Shown piece by piece: positions 1 through 9,238 of a stretch of 64,000 nt of DNA. Position 1 is the first letter of the stretch. Each line of letters begins with the position of its first letter. Below the pieces are notes generated by a model, which did no database searches, was not told where the DNA came from, and saw only the letters and a program-made list of their open reading frames with translations. A program made the translations under genes and the position numbers. The DNA comes from Fidelibacterota bacterium (lineage in GTDB: Bacteria > Fidelibacterota > Marinisomatia > Marinisomatales > Marinisomataceae): positions 9,118-73,117 of the forward strand of contig JABHGE010000021.1 in assembly GCA_018672235.1 (NCBI GenBank). The letters run 5' to 3'.

Positions 1-105
1 TCAAATATCCAAATATGTTTTATAATTATTGGCATACCCAACTTGATACTCCAGAAAATTGTTCAGCACAAAGTCTAGGACAAGTAGGAGATTTATTAGT
101 AAATT

Positions 106-1131
106 ATGTTTATGGCTCAACTCACCAATAAATTATTTATAGTTTTATTGCTGGCAATCATTGCTTGCGGCGGCGGCGGTTCATCACCCACGGAAACTGA
201 TCCAGGAGATGGAAATGAAACCAATCCTTATGACTTTCCAAATGCGACTAGTTTGGATCAACTTAATCAAATAGAAATTGTTACATGGAATATCCGACAA
301 TTTCCACAGCATAGTACTACAAAGAGCTATGTGAAAAGTCTTTTAGAAGTATGGAATGCTGATATCTATTTATTTCAAGAAATTTCCAGCGAATCTGAAC
401 TAATTAGCATGGTAAACTCAATGGCAGATTATTCTTATGTGGTAGATGACGAATCTGGCAATTTAGGATTTGCTTTAGTATATAAAAATAGCACTGTTAC
501 TTTTAATTCGAAGAATGAACTTTGGTCAGATACTCCAAATAGCAATGATGGTGATTCAGACTATGAAAATAATGCGCAATATCAATTTGCTAGCCGTCCA
601 CCAATGGAAAATTATATTACATGGACTGATGGTACAAAATCAATGGATCTATACGTAATTGATGTACACTATAAATGTTGTGGAGATGATAGCTATGACA
701 GTAGTGACCCATCAGATGAAACGAATAGAAGACACCATGCGAGCTTATTATTAACTGATTATGTGATTAATAATAGATCATCAGATAATGTTATCATTGT
801 AGGCGATTTTAATAACGTAGGCGTACAGTCAGTTACTAATCCAACGATTAGTCCTTTTACTGACCCCAATATTGCCTCTTCAACACATTTTCTAATGGTA
901 GATGAAGACATCCTTACTGGTGCAAGTAGTGGATATTCATGGCAAGGTTGGACAAGTTCATATTCGCCAGCACATTTTGATCATTTAATTATTAATCAAC
1001 CTTTGTTCCAGTATGGTGCGACAACAACAACAGGTGTCATTGATACTCCATATGAAACTAATATTGGGGCATCAGATGTGGCCGATAAAATATCTGACCA
1101 TCAGCCAGTATTTATGCGATTCTATCCTTGA
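106..1131 (+). CDS. Endonuclease/exonuclease/phosphatase (EEP) family lipoprotein, probably a secreted nuclease or phosphatase
   Basis: 341-aa ORF. Signal peptide ending LAIIAC. EEP catalytic motifs VTWNIRQF, DIYLFQE, IVGDFN, SDHQPV. Confidence 0.7.
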   Translation: MFMAQLTNKLFIVLLLAIIACGGGGSSPTETDPGDGNETNPYDFPNATSLDQLNQIEIVTWNIRQFPQHSTTKSYVKSLLEVWNADIYLFQEISSESELISMVNSMADYSYVVDDESGNLGFALVYKNSTVTFNSKNELWSDTPNSNDGDSDYENNAQYQFASRPPMENYITWTDGTKSMDLYVIDVHYKCCGDDSYDSSDPSDETNRRHHASLLLTDYVINNRSSDNVIIVGDFNNVGVQSVTNPTISPFTDPNIASSTHFLMVDEDILTGASSGYSWQGWTSSYSPAHFDHLIINQPLFQYGATTTTGVIDTPYETNIGASDVADKISDHQPVFMRFYP

Positions 1132-1883
1132 TTAGCATCTTGATTGCAATTGCTAAGCTCTCTTTTATTTTCTTAATAATTAATCCTATCCATTCTCAAG
1201 ATTTTAGTAAGATTGACATTGATTTGGATAGCTTATCATTCCAGAAAACTATTATTCCTCTACAAGAATTAAACAATACATTCCCCCAAAATATAAATGT
1301 GTTAATACGACTATCTGCAGCGCATCATTTCCTTTCAGAAGAAACTAATAATAAAAAAATAGAAAAATTAAACACAGATAAATCTTTAGCCTATATTGTT
1401 GAAGCTATGTCAATTGATTCTAGTCATGCAGAAGTTCATAAATGGTATGCTGTCTCATATGGTAAGAGCGTTGAACGTCAGAGTATTAGAAAGCAGATTG
1501 AAAGTTCTAAAATTATTGAATTTCATTGCCTTCAGGCTATCGAGAAACTTCCCAACGACCCTTTCTGTTATAATATAATGGGACAATGGCATTATCGTCT
1601 TGCTGATATTAGCTCATTTTCACGACGATTAGCTAAAATTATATTTGAAGAACCTCCAAAAGGTTCTTTTGAGATGGCAGAATATTTTCTTAAGAAAAGT
1701 TTAGAGTTAGAACCTAACTATATTGGTACATACTATTGGCTGGGAAAGACATATGAAAAGATGGATAAAAAAGATAAAGCGTTATCGTTATTTCAAACAG
1801 CTATTGATTTACCTAGACCTTATACTAGAGAAGAATTAATGTATCAAGATATTCTACAGCAATTAAAAAAAGAACAATCTTAA
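1128..1883 (+). CDS. TPR-like helical protein resembling the regulator-of-microtubule-dynamics (RMD/FAM82) family
   Basis: 251-aa ORF with TTG start overlapping the upstream stop. N-terminal hydrophobic segment. Motifs HKWYAVSYG, MGQWHYRLA, RRLAKIIFEEPP, EPNYIGTYYWLGKTY resemble my recollection of the RMD family. Confidence 0.4.
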   Translation: MISILIAIAKLSFIFLIINPIHSQDFSKIDIDLDSLSFQKTIIPLQELNNTFPQNINVLIRLSAAHHFLSEETNNKKIEKLNTDKSLAYIVEAMSIDSSHAEVHKWYAVSYGKSVERQSIRKQIESSKIIEFHCLQAIEKLPNDPFCYNIMGQWHYRLADISSFSRRLAKIIFEEPPKGSFEMAEYFLKKSLELEPNYIGTYYWLGKTYEKMDKKDKALSLFQTAIDLPRPYTREELMYQDILQQLKKEQS

Positions 1884-2632
1884 AGTTTTTTAACTTGCTT
1901 GTAATTTTCAGGAATATGAAAGATCTCTGGAATGGAATCTATCGCTAAATATCTTTTCAAGTTATATTCAAATTCTCCATCTTCACTGCTAAAAATTGCT
2001 TTAACAACAACTGCATTTTCATTGATTCCTAGTTCTGATAAATCACCATCCATGTCAAAATTCATCCAATCTTTTTCAAATTCATCAATTTTGATTTGCA
2101 TAGATGTTACAATGTCAGATTTTTGCATCTCACTTGTAAACCAAAGAAGGGCACTTGAACCTTCATCGCCGCTTATATCTGTTACTTTATATGATTCAAA
2201 GCCATTAACTATTTCTATAGTATCTGATACTATAGGTTTGGAATCTTTCTTTTTTTCTTCGTCTTTGTTTTCTTCTTTTTTTGATTCATCATTTTCTTTA
2301 TCAGAAGGAGGATCTTCTTCTAAGAATTCTGAAAGCAACTTCTTAGTAAAACGATTTTTTTTATGATTTATTTTTATAATAGTAGAATCCTGAAATGAAA
2401 TAATAGTACCATTTTTCATATTTCTACTCATTAGGCGCGCCAATCCTTTTCCTTTAAATGAAAAATCTATTTTTGAATAGTACGTATCTTCAGAAAAGTA
2501 TTTATGAGCAGAAGATTTCATAGAACCCATTTTAAAAGAGGCTACAGTAGTTTCTTCAACAATAAACCCAGATTGCCCAATAAGATTAGATGAGATTAAT
2601 AATGAAAAGAGTAAAAAGTATATATTGTTCAA
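1880..2632 (-). CDS. Hypothetical secreted protein with an acidic/lysine-rich linker
   Basis: 250-aa ORF with N-terminal signal-like segment and low-complexity EEDPPSDKENDESKKEENKDEEKKK. No recognisable catalytic motif. Confidence 0.4.
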   Translation of the reverse strand: MNNIYFLLFSLLISSNLIGQSGFIVEETTVASFKMGSMKSSAHKYFSEDTYYSKIDFSFKGKGLARLMSRNMKNGTIISFQDSTIIKINHKKNRFTKKLLSEFLEEDPPSDKENDESKKEENKDEEKKKDSKPIVSDTIEIVNGFESYKVTDISGDEGSSALLWFTSEMQKSDIVTSMQIKIDEFEKDWMNFDMDGDLSELGINENAVVVKAIFSSEDGEFEYNLKRYLAIDSIPEIFHIPENYKQVKKL

Positions 2633-2637
2633 ATGTA

Positions 2638-3573
2638 TTATAATCCAGTTTCTTGGACAGTTTTTTTAACTTCTACAAGCGTATTGTCTAGAGCATTTTT
2701 TTCTTCATCATTTAAATCAAATGTTAGAATATTTTCAACACCATCAGCACCAATTACAGTTGGGACACCAATAAAGTATCCATCTACATCAAACTCACCT
2801 TCACATAGAGATGCACAAGGTATTACTCTTTTTTTATCTTTGACAAAACTTTCAATCATTTCTACTGCAGATTGAGCGGGAGCATAAAATGCAGAGCCCT
2901 TACCAAAAAGTTTAACTAATTCTCCACCTCCAAAGCGTGTTCTGTCTTCGATAGCTTTAATTGTATCTGCATCCAATAAAGATGTTAATGGAACACCACC
3001 AACAGTTGCTAAGCGGCTTACTGGGACCATTGTATCTCCATGCCCACCAAGTACCATACATGTAACATCTTGAGAGGACAGATTGGTTGCTTCTGCGATA
3101 AATGATCTGAATCGGGCACTATCAAGTGCTCCAGCCATACCAACGACCTTATTTTTAGCGAATCCAGATACTTTATAAAAAGCATAGACCATAGCATCTA
3201 AAGGATTTGAAACCACTATTACAAAAGCGTTAGGAGCATGTAGTTTTACTTGCTCTGCAACGTTTGTCATAATATCTAAATTTTTCTTTAATAAATCTTC
3301 ACGATCCATTCCAGGTTGTCTCGGGAATCCTGCGGTGATGACAACAATATCAGAATCTTTAATTGAAGCAAAATCTGATGAACCAGTTAATTTAGCATCG
3401 TAGCCATCATGTGGAAGAAGTTGAGATATGTCTAAAGCCTTACCTTTGATAAAATTTTCCGCTTGAGGGATATCAATAATAACAATGTCGCCTAATTCTT
3501 TTTGAGCAGAGAGTAGAGCAATATTACCACCGACTTGACCACCTCCGATTAATGCTATTTTTGGTCTAGCCAT
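2638..3573 (-). CDS. mdh: Malate dehydrogenase (LDH-like, NAD-dependent)
   Basis: 311 aa. Rossmann motif IGGGQVGG. Motifs ITAGFPRQPGMDREDL and LGGHGDTMVP are typical of LDH-type MDH. Confidence 0.9.
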   Translation of the reverse strand: MARPKIALIGGGQVGGNIALLSAQKELGDIVIIDIPQAENFIKGKALDISQLLPHDGYDAKLTGSSDFASIKDSDIVVITAGFPRQPGMDREDLLKKNLDIMTNVAEQVKLHAPNAFVIVVSNPLDAMVYAFYKVSGFAKNKVVGMAGALDSARFRSFIAEATNLSSQDVTCMVLGGHGDTMVPVSRLATVGGVPLTSLLDADTIKAIEDRTRFGGGELVKLFGKGSAFYAPAQSAVEMIESFVKDKKRVIPCASLCEGEFDVDGYFIGVPTVIGADGVENILTFDLNDEEKNALDNTLVEVKKTVQETGL

Positions 3574-3575
3574 TT

Positions 3576-3830
3576 TTAGTTATGTTCGAGAACACTAACA
3601 AAGGTAGTGCTACCTTTTTTACTGAATTTTACTAAGCCAGGTGAGGTTGCAAATAGAGTATCATCATTTCCTCTTTTAACATTTCGTCCAGGATGTACTT
3701 TAGTACCTCTTTGCCTTATGATAATGCCGCCAGATAAGATTGATTGTCCATCAGACATTTTTACGCCTAATCTTTGTGCGTTGGAATCCCTTCCATTTCT
3801 TGAACTACCTTGTCCTTTTTTATGAGCCAT
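3576..3830 (-). CDS. rpmA: 50S ribosomal protein L27
   Basis: 84 aa with the canonical N-terminus [24 protein letters not shown]. Confidence 0.95.
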   Translation of the reverse strand: MAHKKGQGSSRNGRDSNAQRLGVKMSDGQSILSGGIIIRQRGTKVHPGRNVKRGNDDTLFATSPGLVKFSKKGSTTFVSVLEHN

Positions 3831-3843
3831 AAGTCCCTACCTT

Positions 3844-4290
3844 TTATTTTTTTTCCTCAACAACTTTTTTCTTAGCTGCTGGTTTCTTTTTTGGTGCAGC
3901 TGGTTTAGTAGTTTTAGCTGCTGATTTCTTTTTTGGTGCAGCTGTTTTAGTAGCTTTAGCTGCGACTTTGGTTTTTGATCCAATGATAGATTGGATTTCT
4001 AGCATAGTTAAATCTTGTCTATGTCCATTTTTTCTTTGATACCCTTTTCTTCTCTTCTTTTTGATAATAGTCACTTTATTAGCTCGTTTATGCTCAAGCA
4101 CTTTTACGCTAACTGTATATGTGTCTAGTTCTTTAGGATTAAAAATATTGATATCTTCATTTGATATTGCTATTACGTTATCAAATTTTACAGTTTTGCC
4201 TACTTCAATATCTATCTTAGAATCTACTAAGAGAGTATCGCCTTTAGCGACTTTATACTGCTTTCCATATATTTCTACAATTGCAAACAT
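3844..4290 (-). CDS. rplU: 50S ribosomal protein L21 with a K/A/P-rich C-terminal extension
   Basis: 148 aa. L21 N-terminus MFAIVEIYGKQYKV. About 45-aa lysine/alanine/proline tail. Immediately upstream of rpmA. Confidence 0.9.
   Translation of the reverse strand: MFAIVEIYGKQYKVAKGDTLLVDSKIDIEVGKTVKFDNVIAISNEDINIFNPKELDTYTVSVKVLEHKRANKVTIIKKKRRKGYQRKNGHRQDLTMLEIQSIIGSKTKVAAKATKTAAPKKKSAAKTTKPAAPKKKPAAKKKVVEEKK
3883..3966. repeat. 42-bp tandem duplication (2 copies, about 38/42 identical) encoding the L21 K/A/P tail
   Basis: 3883-3924 tttcttttttggtgcagctggtttagtagttttagctgctga vs 3925-3966 tttcttttttggtgcagctgttttagtagctttagctgcgac. Confidence 0.85.
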
Positions 4291-4323
4291 AGCTTGGGAA
4301 CTTAATAGCTAATTTATTGGTTA

Positions 4324-5826
4324 TCAAGTACCTATTTCATGAGTTATATCTGTTTCATCTGACATTCGAGTAAAGCGAAATACGTTTTTACCCATTGAAA
4401 TGTCGTCGATGACTTTTAGGTATACAAAATTTTTCCACATTAAGCTGATATAGTCTCTCTTTTTTTCTTCTTTTAAATAACGAGCAATTTCAGGGTTAAG
4501 ATATAATTTTAATCTAATATCTCTATTTTTTTGTTTATAGTCACGTAGCCAATAATCAATTCTCGTTAAAAGAGTATCTTTTGATATAATTCTTCCATCT
4601 CCACTGCAGATATCACAGCGTTCAGTTAGAGAATCGATAATGCTTAATCCAGTTCGCTCTCTTGTCATTTCAAGAACTCCAAATTCAGAAATTTCAGATA
4701 CAGCTACTTTTGCTCTATCTTTTCTTAGTTCTTTCTTCATTTCAAGATAGACTTTTTTTCTATTTTCTGCATTTACCATGTCAATAAAGTCAATTAAAAT
4801 TAAGCCTGACAAATGTCTTAATCTTAATTGTACTGCCACTTCTTTTGCTGCCTCTAAATTAATTTTTAACGAATTATCTTCATGTGCTTTTTTACCTACA
4901 AACTTTCCACTATTTACATCTACGACTACCATTGCTTCAGTTCTTTCTATAATCAGATATGCTCCACTCTTTAACCAAGCCTTTTTTCTCAATAGCTTAA
5001 TCATATCATTATCGATACCTGTTTCTTTAAACAATGGAACTCTTTTGCGATAGTGTTGAAGAGCATCTCCAATATCTAATGCATCGTCTTTAACCATTCG
5101 TTGTATTTTCTTATAATCATCTTTAGAGTCAACAACAATTTTTTCAACTTTATCGCTAATTAAATCTCTTAATACACTTGATGTCATTTCTAAATCATTA
5201 TGTATTACCGCTGGAGCTTCACTTTTTTCTGATAATTTCATTAGTCCATTATATTTTTCTTCTAGACTCGCATAATCATTTTGAATTTGCTGATCAGTCT
5301 TTCCTTCGGCTACAGTACGAATAATAATTCCTAGTCCATGCTTTTTCATATCAAATGCAATTTTTTTCAACCTTCTACGTTCGTAACGATCTTGCATTTT
5401 TTTTGATACTCCGACATATTTTGATTTAGGTATAAGAACAATAAAACGTCCCGCAATTGAAAGATTTGTAGTAACTCTAGCGCCTTTATTATCGAATGGC
5501 TCTTTTATTACTTGTACAATAATTTCTTGACCAGGAGATAATAATACATTGATTTCTTTTGAATTTTTAGATTTAGGTTTGCGGTCTGCAATTAATTCAG
5601 GATCTGAAATCTCAGAGAATGGTAAAAAAGCATTATTACCTTCGCCTATATTAACAAATGCAGCTTGCATTCCAGGAATGACATTTTCAACAACACCTTT
5701 ATAGATATTGCCAACTGTTCTTTCTTTTGATTCTTTGTCGACATGGAGTTCAGCAAGCTTGCCGTTTTCTTTCACAGCAATCCTTGTCTCTCCTACACCT
5801 TTACTGATGTAAATTTCTTTTTTCAT
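4324..5826 (-). CDS. rng: Ribonuclease G (RNase E/G family)
   Basis: 500 aa. S1 domain GNIYKGVVENVIPGMQAAFVNIG. Catalytic core VVVDVNSGKF. No long C-terminal scaffold. Confidence 0.85.
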   Translation of the reverse strand: MKKEIYISKGVGETRIAVKENGKLAELHVDKESKERTVGNIYKGVVENVIPGMQAAFVNIGEGNNAFLPFSEISDPELIADRKPKSKNSKEINVLLSPGQEIIVQVIKEPFDNKGARVTTNLSIAGRFIVLIPKSKYVGVSKKMQDRYERRRLKKIAFDMKKHGLGIIIRTVAEGKTDQQIQNDYASLEEKYNGLMKLSEKSEAPAVIHNDLEMTSSVLRDLISDKVEKIVVDSKDDYKKIQRMVKDDALDIGDALQHYRKRVPLFKETGIDNDMIKLLRKKAWLKSGAYLIIERTEAMVVVDVNSGKFVGKKAHEDNSLKINLEAAKEVAVQLRLRHLSGLILIDFIDMVNAENRKKVYLEMKKELRKDRAKVAVSEISEFGVLEMTRERTGLSIIDSLTERCDICSGDGRIISKDTLLTRIDYWLRDYKQKNRDIRLKLYLNPEIARYLKEEKKRDYISLMWKNFVYLKVIDDISMGKNVFRFTRMSDETDITHEIGT

Positions 5827-6038
5827 AAAAGCCTTACTTTCATTATAGCCATATATATATGTATATATAGCACATAGTTTAATTTTCTAATGAAATAAAG
5901 GAGAGAATACTAGGTATAAAAAAATTTATTAGTTTAAAATTATAAAAATAAAAAAAATAGTTAGTTTTTAATTTCTACCCTCAATTTCATAACTAATTTA
6001 GCGATTTTTAAATTTAAAATACATATAATCTGACAATT

Positions 6039-6818
6039 ATGTTTAACGAAGAGCTAATAGCAGGAAAAGTAGCAGCAAGAAATGCTGGAAAAATTCTGAT
6101 GAAGTATTTTTCTGATTCTAATAAACAGGTAAAATTTAAAAGCTTAGATAATCCCGTTACGATTGCTGATTACGAGGCAGATCAATATATAGCAGATTTT
6201 ATTGGAGGAGAATTTCCGGATGATGGATGGCTATCAGAAGAAACTGTCGATACAGAAGAGCGACTGAATAAGTCTCGCGTATGGATTGTGGACCCATTGG
6301 ACGGCACCAAAGAATTTATCGAAGGAGTGCCGCATTTTTCAGTTAGTATTGCTCTAGTAGAAGATGGTTATCCTGTTATAGGTATAGTTTATAATCCACA
6401 TACAAAGGAAATGTTCTATGCTGAAAAAGATAAAGGGGCATTTTTAAATGGAACAAAGGTTAGTATATCAAAAAAAGAACAATTAAAAGATGCTTCTATT
6501 ACAGTGAGTAGATCTGAGTATAGGAAAAAATTATGGGCAGAATATAGTGAAACATTCAATAAGATAGAGCCTATTGGTAGCGTTGCTTACAAGCTGGGAC
6601 TAGTTGGAGCAAACAAATATGATATTTTTTCGACACTTGCTCCAAAAAATGAATGGGATATTTGTGCAGGAGACTGTATCGTTAGAGAGTCTGGTGGATT
6701 CGTGAAAACTATCAATGGAAAAAATATTATTTATAATCAAAAGAAAACTCTTGTGACAGACCCCATAATTGCCACAAATTCTATATTATTTAACAGTATT
6801 TCAGACCTATTATATTAG
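6039..6818 (+). CDS. Inositol monophosphatase-fold phosphatase, CysQ-like 3'(2'),5'-bisphosphate nucleotidase
   Basis: 259 aa. Motifs WLSEET, WIVDPLDGTKEF, WDICAG. Confidence 0.65.
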   Translation: MFNEELIAGKVAARNAGKILMKYFSDSNKQVKFKSLDNPVTIADYEADQYIADFIGGEFPDDGWLSEETVDTEERLNKSRVWIVDPLDGTKEFIEGVPHFSVSIALVEDGYPVIGIVYNPHTKEMFYAEKDKGAFLNGTKVSISKKEQLKDASITVSRSEYRKKLWAEYSETFNKIEPIGSVAYKLGLVGANKYDIFSTLAPKNEWDICAGDCIVRESGGFVKTINGKNIIYNQKKTLVTDPIIATNSILFNSISDLLY

Positions 6819-6856
6819 ATAAGACTTATAAAATTTTAAAAAACGGAAAGACATAA

Positions 6857-8026
6857 ATGAAATATATTGGCCCAGATTTTTGCAACATCAATTCTTTGTT
6901 AACTGACGAAGAGCTCTTAATCCAAAAAACAGCAAATCAATTTGTTACTGAGGAGTTTAATCCTATTGTGAATGAATATTATGAAAAAGGATCCTTTCCT
7001 ATGGATTTAATTCCAAAAATGGGAGAGCTAGGATTTTTTGGTGCTACGTTGCCTAAAAAATATGGAGGAAGTGAAATAACTAATACTGCCTATGGATTGA
7101 TAATGCAAGAACTTGAAAAAGGGGATTCAGGGCTAAGGTCAGTATGTAGCGTTCAAGGTTCACTGGTAATGTTTCCTATCTATAAATATGGAACAGATAA
7201 ACAAAAAGAAAAATGGTTACCATTACTAGCTGCTGGTAAAGCAATAGGATGTTTTGGACTTACAGAATCAAATCATGGTTCAGACCCATCTGGAATGCTT
7301 ACAAGAGCAAAGCGAGATGGAGATGATTGGATTATTAATGGCTCAAAGATGTGGATTACGAATGGCTCCATTGCAGATATTGCAGTAGTATGGGCTAGAG
7401 ATGAAGATAATATTATTCGAGGCTTTTTATTAGAGAAGGGAATGGATGGGTTCACTTCATCTGATATTCACGGGAAAATGAGCTTAAGAGCATCAATTAC
7501 TTCAGAATTATTTATGAAAGATGTTAGAGTTTCGGATGCAAATAGACTGCCAGATATTGAAGGTTTAAAAGGACCTCTTTCATGCTTAACTCAGGCTAGA
7601 TATTCAATTGCTTGGGGAGTTATCGGGGCAGCTATCGATTGCTATGAAGTAGCATTAAGCTATAGTAAAGATAGAAAGCAATTTTCAAAACCAATTGCTG
7701 GTTTTCAACTTACCCAACAAAAATTAGTTTATATGATTGAAGAAATTACTAAAGCTCAACTTCTTGCTTTGCAGCTAGCTAGGCTTAAAGATAGTGGAGA
7801 TTTACAGCCTGCACATATATCACTCGGAAAAAAGAACAATGTCGCAATCGCTAGAAAATGTGCACAATTAGGAAGAGAAATTCTTGGTGGAAATGGCATA
7901 ATGGACGATTATCCAATGATGAGACATATGATGAATCTAGAAACTGTTTATACTTATGAAGGAACTCATGAGATACATACACTTATTATAGGTCAAAAAA
8001 TTACTGGCATACCTGCTTTTGAATAA
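6857..8026 (+). CDS. gcdH: Glutaryl-CoA dehydrogenase (acyl-CoA dehydrogenase family)
   Basis: 389 aa. GCFGLTESNHGSDPSGM, WITNGSIADIAVVWA, SLRASITSEL and YTYEGTHEIHTLIIGQKITG match the glutaryl-CoA DH pattern. Confidence 0.8.
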   Translation: MKYIGPDFCNINSLLTDEELLIQKTANQFVTEEFNPIVNEYYEKGSFPMDLIPKMGELGFFGATLPKKYGGSEITNTAYGLIMQELEKGDSGLRSVCSVQGSLVMFPIYKYGTDKQKEKWLPLLAAGKAIGCFGLTESNHGSDPSGMLTRAKRDGDDWIINGSKMWITNGSIADIAVVWARDEDNIIRGFLLEKGMDGFTSSDIHGKMSLRASITSELFMKDVRVSDANRLPDIEGLKGPLSCLTQARYSIAWGVIGAAIDCYEVALSYSKDRKQFSKPIAGFQLTQQKLVYMIEEITKAQLLALQLARLKDSGDLQPAHISLGKKNNVAIARKCAQLGREILGGNGIMDDYPMMRHMMNLETVYTYEGTHEIHTLIIGQKITGIPAFE

Positions 8027-8606
8027 TAGGATCAATATTCTCAATAATTAGTTTTAGTAATTTTTCTCGATCGACTTCTTTTTTTGTCTCAAGGAAAATT
8101 GAAGTACTACTTACCTTTGCTTCTTTATCAATTGTCTTGATATCTATAATAGAATTAACATTCATTCCAATGCTTAGGGCTTGATGAGGCATTTTTTCTG
8201 ATTTACCAGTTTGGATGTTCGATAGTAATATCCCAATAATCTTCTTGTTATTTGTATAGATATCGTTTGGATATTTTATTTTTCCTTGGATATTATATGT
8301 AGATAAAACCTCTACCATCGTAATACAGCATTGGTCAACAAGCTCTTGTCCAAAATGATTATTCTGACCCAATATAATACTAAAAGTTAAATCTTTATAT
8401 GGAGTTGAAATCCATTGTTTGCCATGCGTCCCCTTTCCATGAGTTTGATTGTCGGTAATAACTATTTTCCCAACATCGCGTATTTGACAATTTTTATCTA
8501 GAGCAATACTTAAAGTAGATTCGATAGACTCTCTATAGATAATAGAATCTGAACCACTTAAAATCCATTTTGTATCAAAAAGTATACTTTTATAGTCTAG
8601 CTGCAA
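8001..8606 (-). CDS. Minimal biotin--protein ligase-like protein (BPL/LPL catalytic domain only)
   Basis: 201 aa, TTG start. QTHGKGTHGKQWISTPYKDLTFSIIL aligns to the BirA Q..GRGRxGRxW.S loop but with R->K/T/H changes. No HTH domain. Confidence 0.55.
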   Translation of the reverse strand: MQLDYKSILFDTKWILSGSDSIIYRESIESTLSIALDKNCQIRDVGKIVITDNQTHGKGTHGKQWISTPYKDLTFSIILGQNNHFGQELVDQCCITMVEVLSTYNIQGKIKYPNDIYTNNKKIIGILLSNIQTGKSEKMPHQALSIGMNVNSIIDIKTIDKEAKVSSTSIFLETKKEVDREKLLKLIIENIDPIIQKQVCQ

Positions 8607-9166
8607 GGATCTAGTTTTTTTCTCATCTGAAAAGTAGCCCCTGGCTGTAATACTCCATTATTATCTTTGATAATATTTGCATTATCCATGTAAATAACAA
8701 CCCATGCTAGTTCATCGTTATATATTTTTTCAGCTAAGCTCCATGCAGTGTCACCTGACTGAATAGTATACTCAAAAAATTCTAATTCACAATTTTTTGC
8801 TTCAGCAGCATCTCTTTTTAGGGATAAGAAGTTGTAAGGATATATTCTATCTGGATTTGGACCAATTTCTTGTTTATTCCATTCATATATTTCTCTCCAC
8901 ATAGAAGAATCACCATATTCTCTAGCAGCAATCTTAATTAAATAGTCACCTCTCTTAATCATGTATGGTTCGAACACAGTTACCGGCAATGGGGGAGATT
9001 CAGGTTCTTGAATAGTAAAAGTTTCTACTGAAACTTCTTGCTTAACTACCTCTTCTGCTCGGTCAGGTGTTTCTTGTACAGCAACTTCATTTCCAACATT
9101 TGGTATAGTTCCTGAGCAATTAATAATTAGTAAAGCACTCAGCAGTAAAATTTTTGTATTATTCAT
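8597..9166 (-). CDS. Secreted or lipoprotein with two LysM domains
   Basis: 189 aa. Signal ending LIINCSG. LysM-like YMIKRGDYLIKIAAREYGD and YTIQSGDTAWSLAEKIY. Confidence 0.7.
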   Translation of the reverse strand: MNNTKILLLSALLIINCSGTIPNVGNEVAVQETPDRAEEVVKQEVSVETFTIQEPESPPLPVTVFEPYMIKRGDYLIKIAAREYGDSSMWREIYEWNKQEIGPNPDRIYPYNFLSLKRDAAEAKNCELEFFEYTIQSGDTAWSLAEKIYNDELAWVVIYMDNANIIKDNNGVLQPGATFQMRKKLDPCS

Positions 9167-9238
9167 ATTGTCCTCATTTTTAGTTTCTCTAATTAATGTT
9201 ATTAATTTTATTATAGAATGTTCCTTATTTTTTTATAA

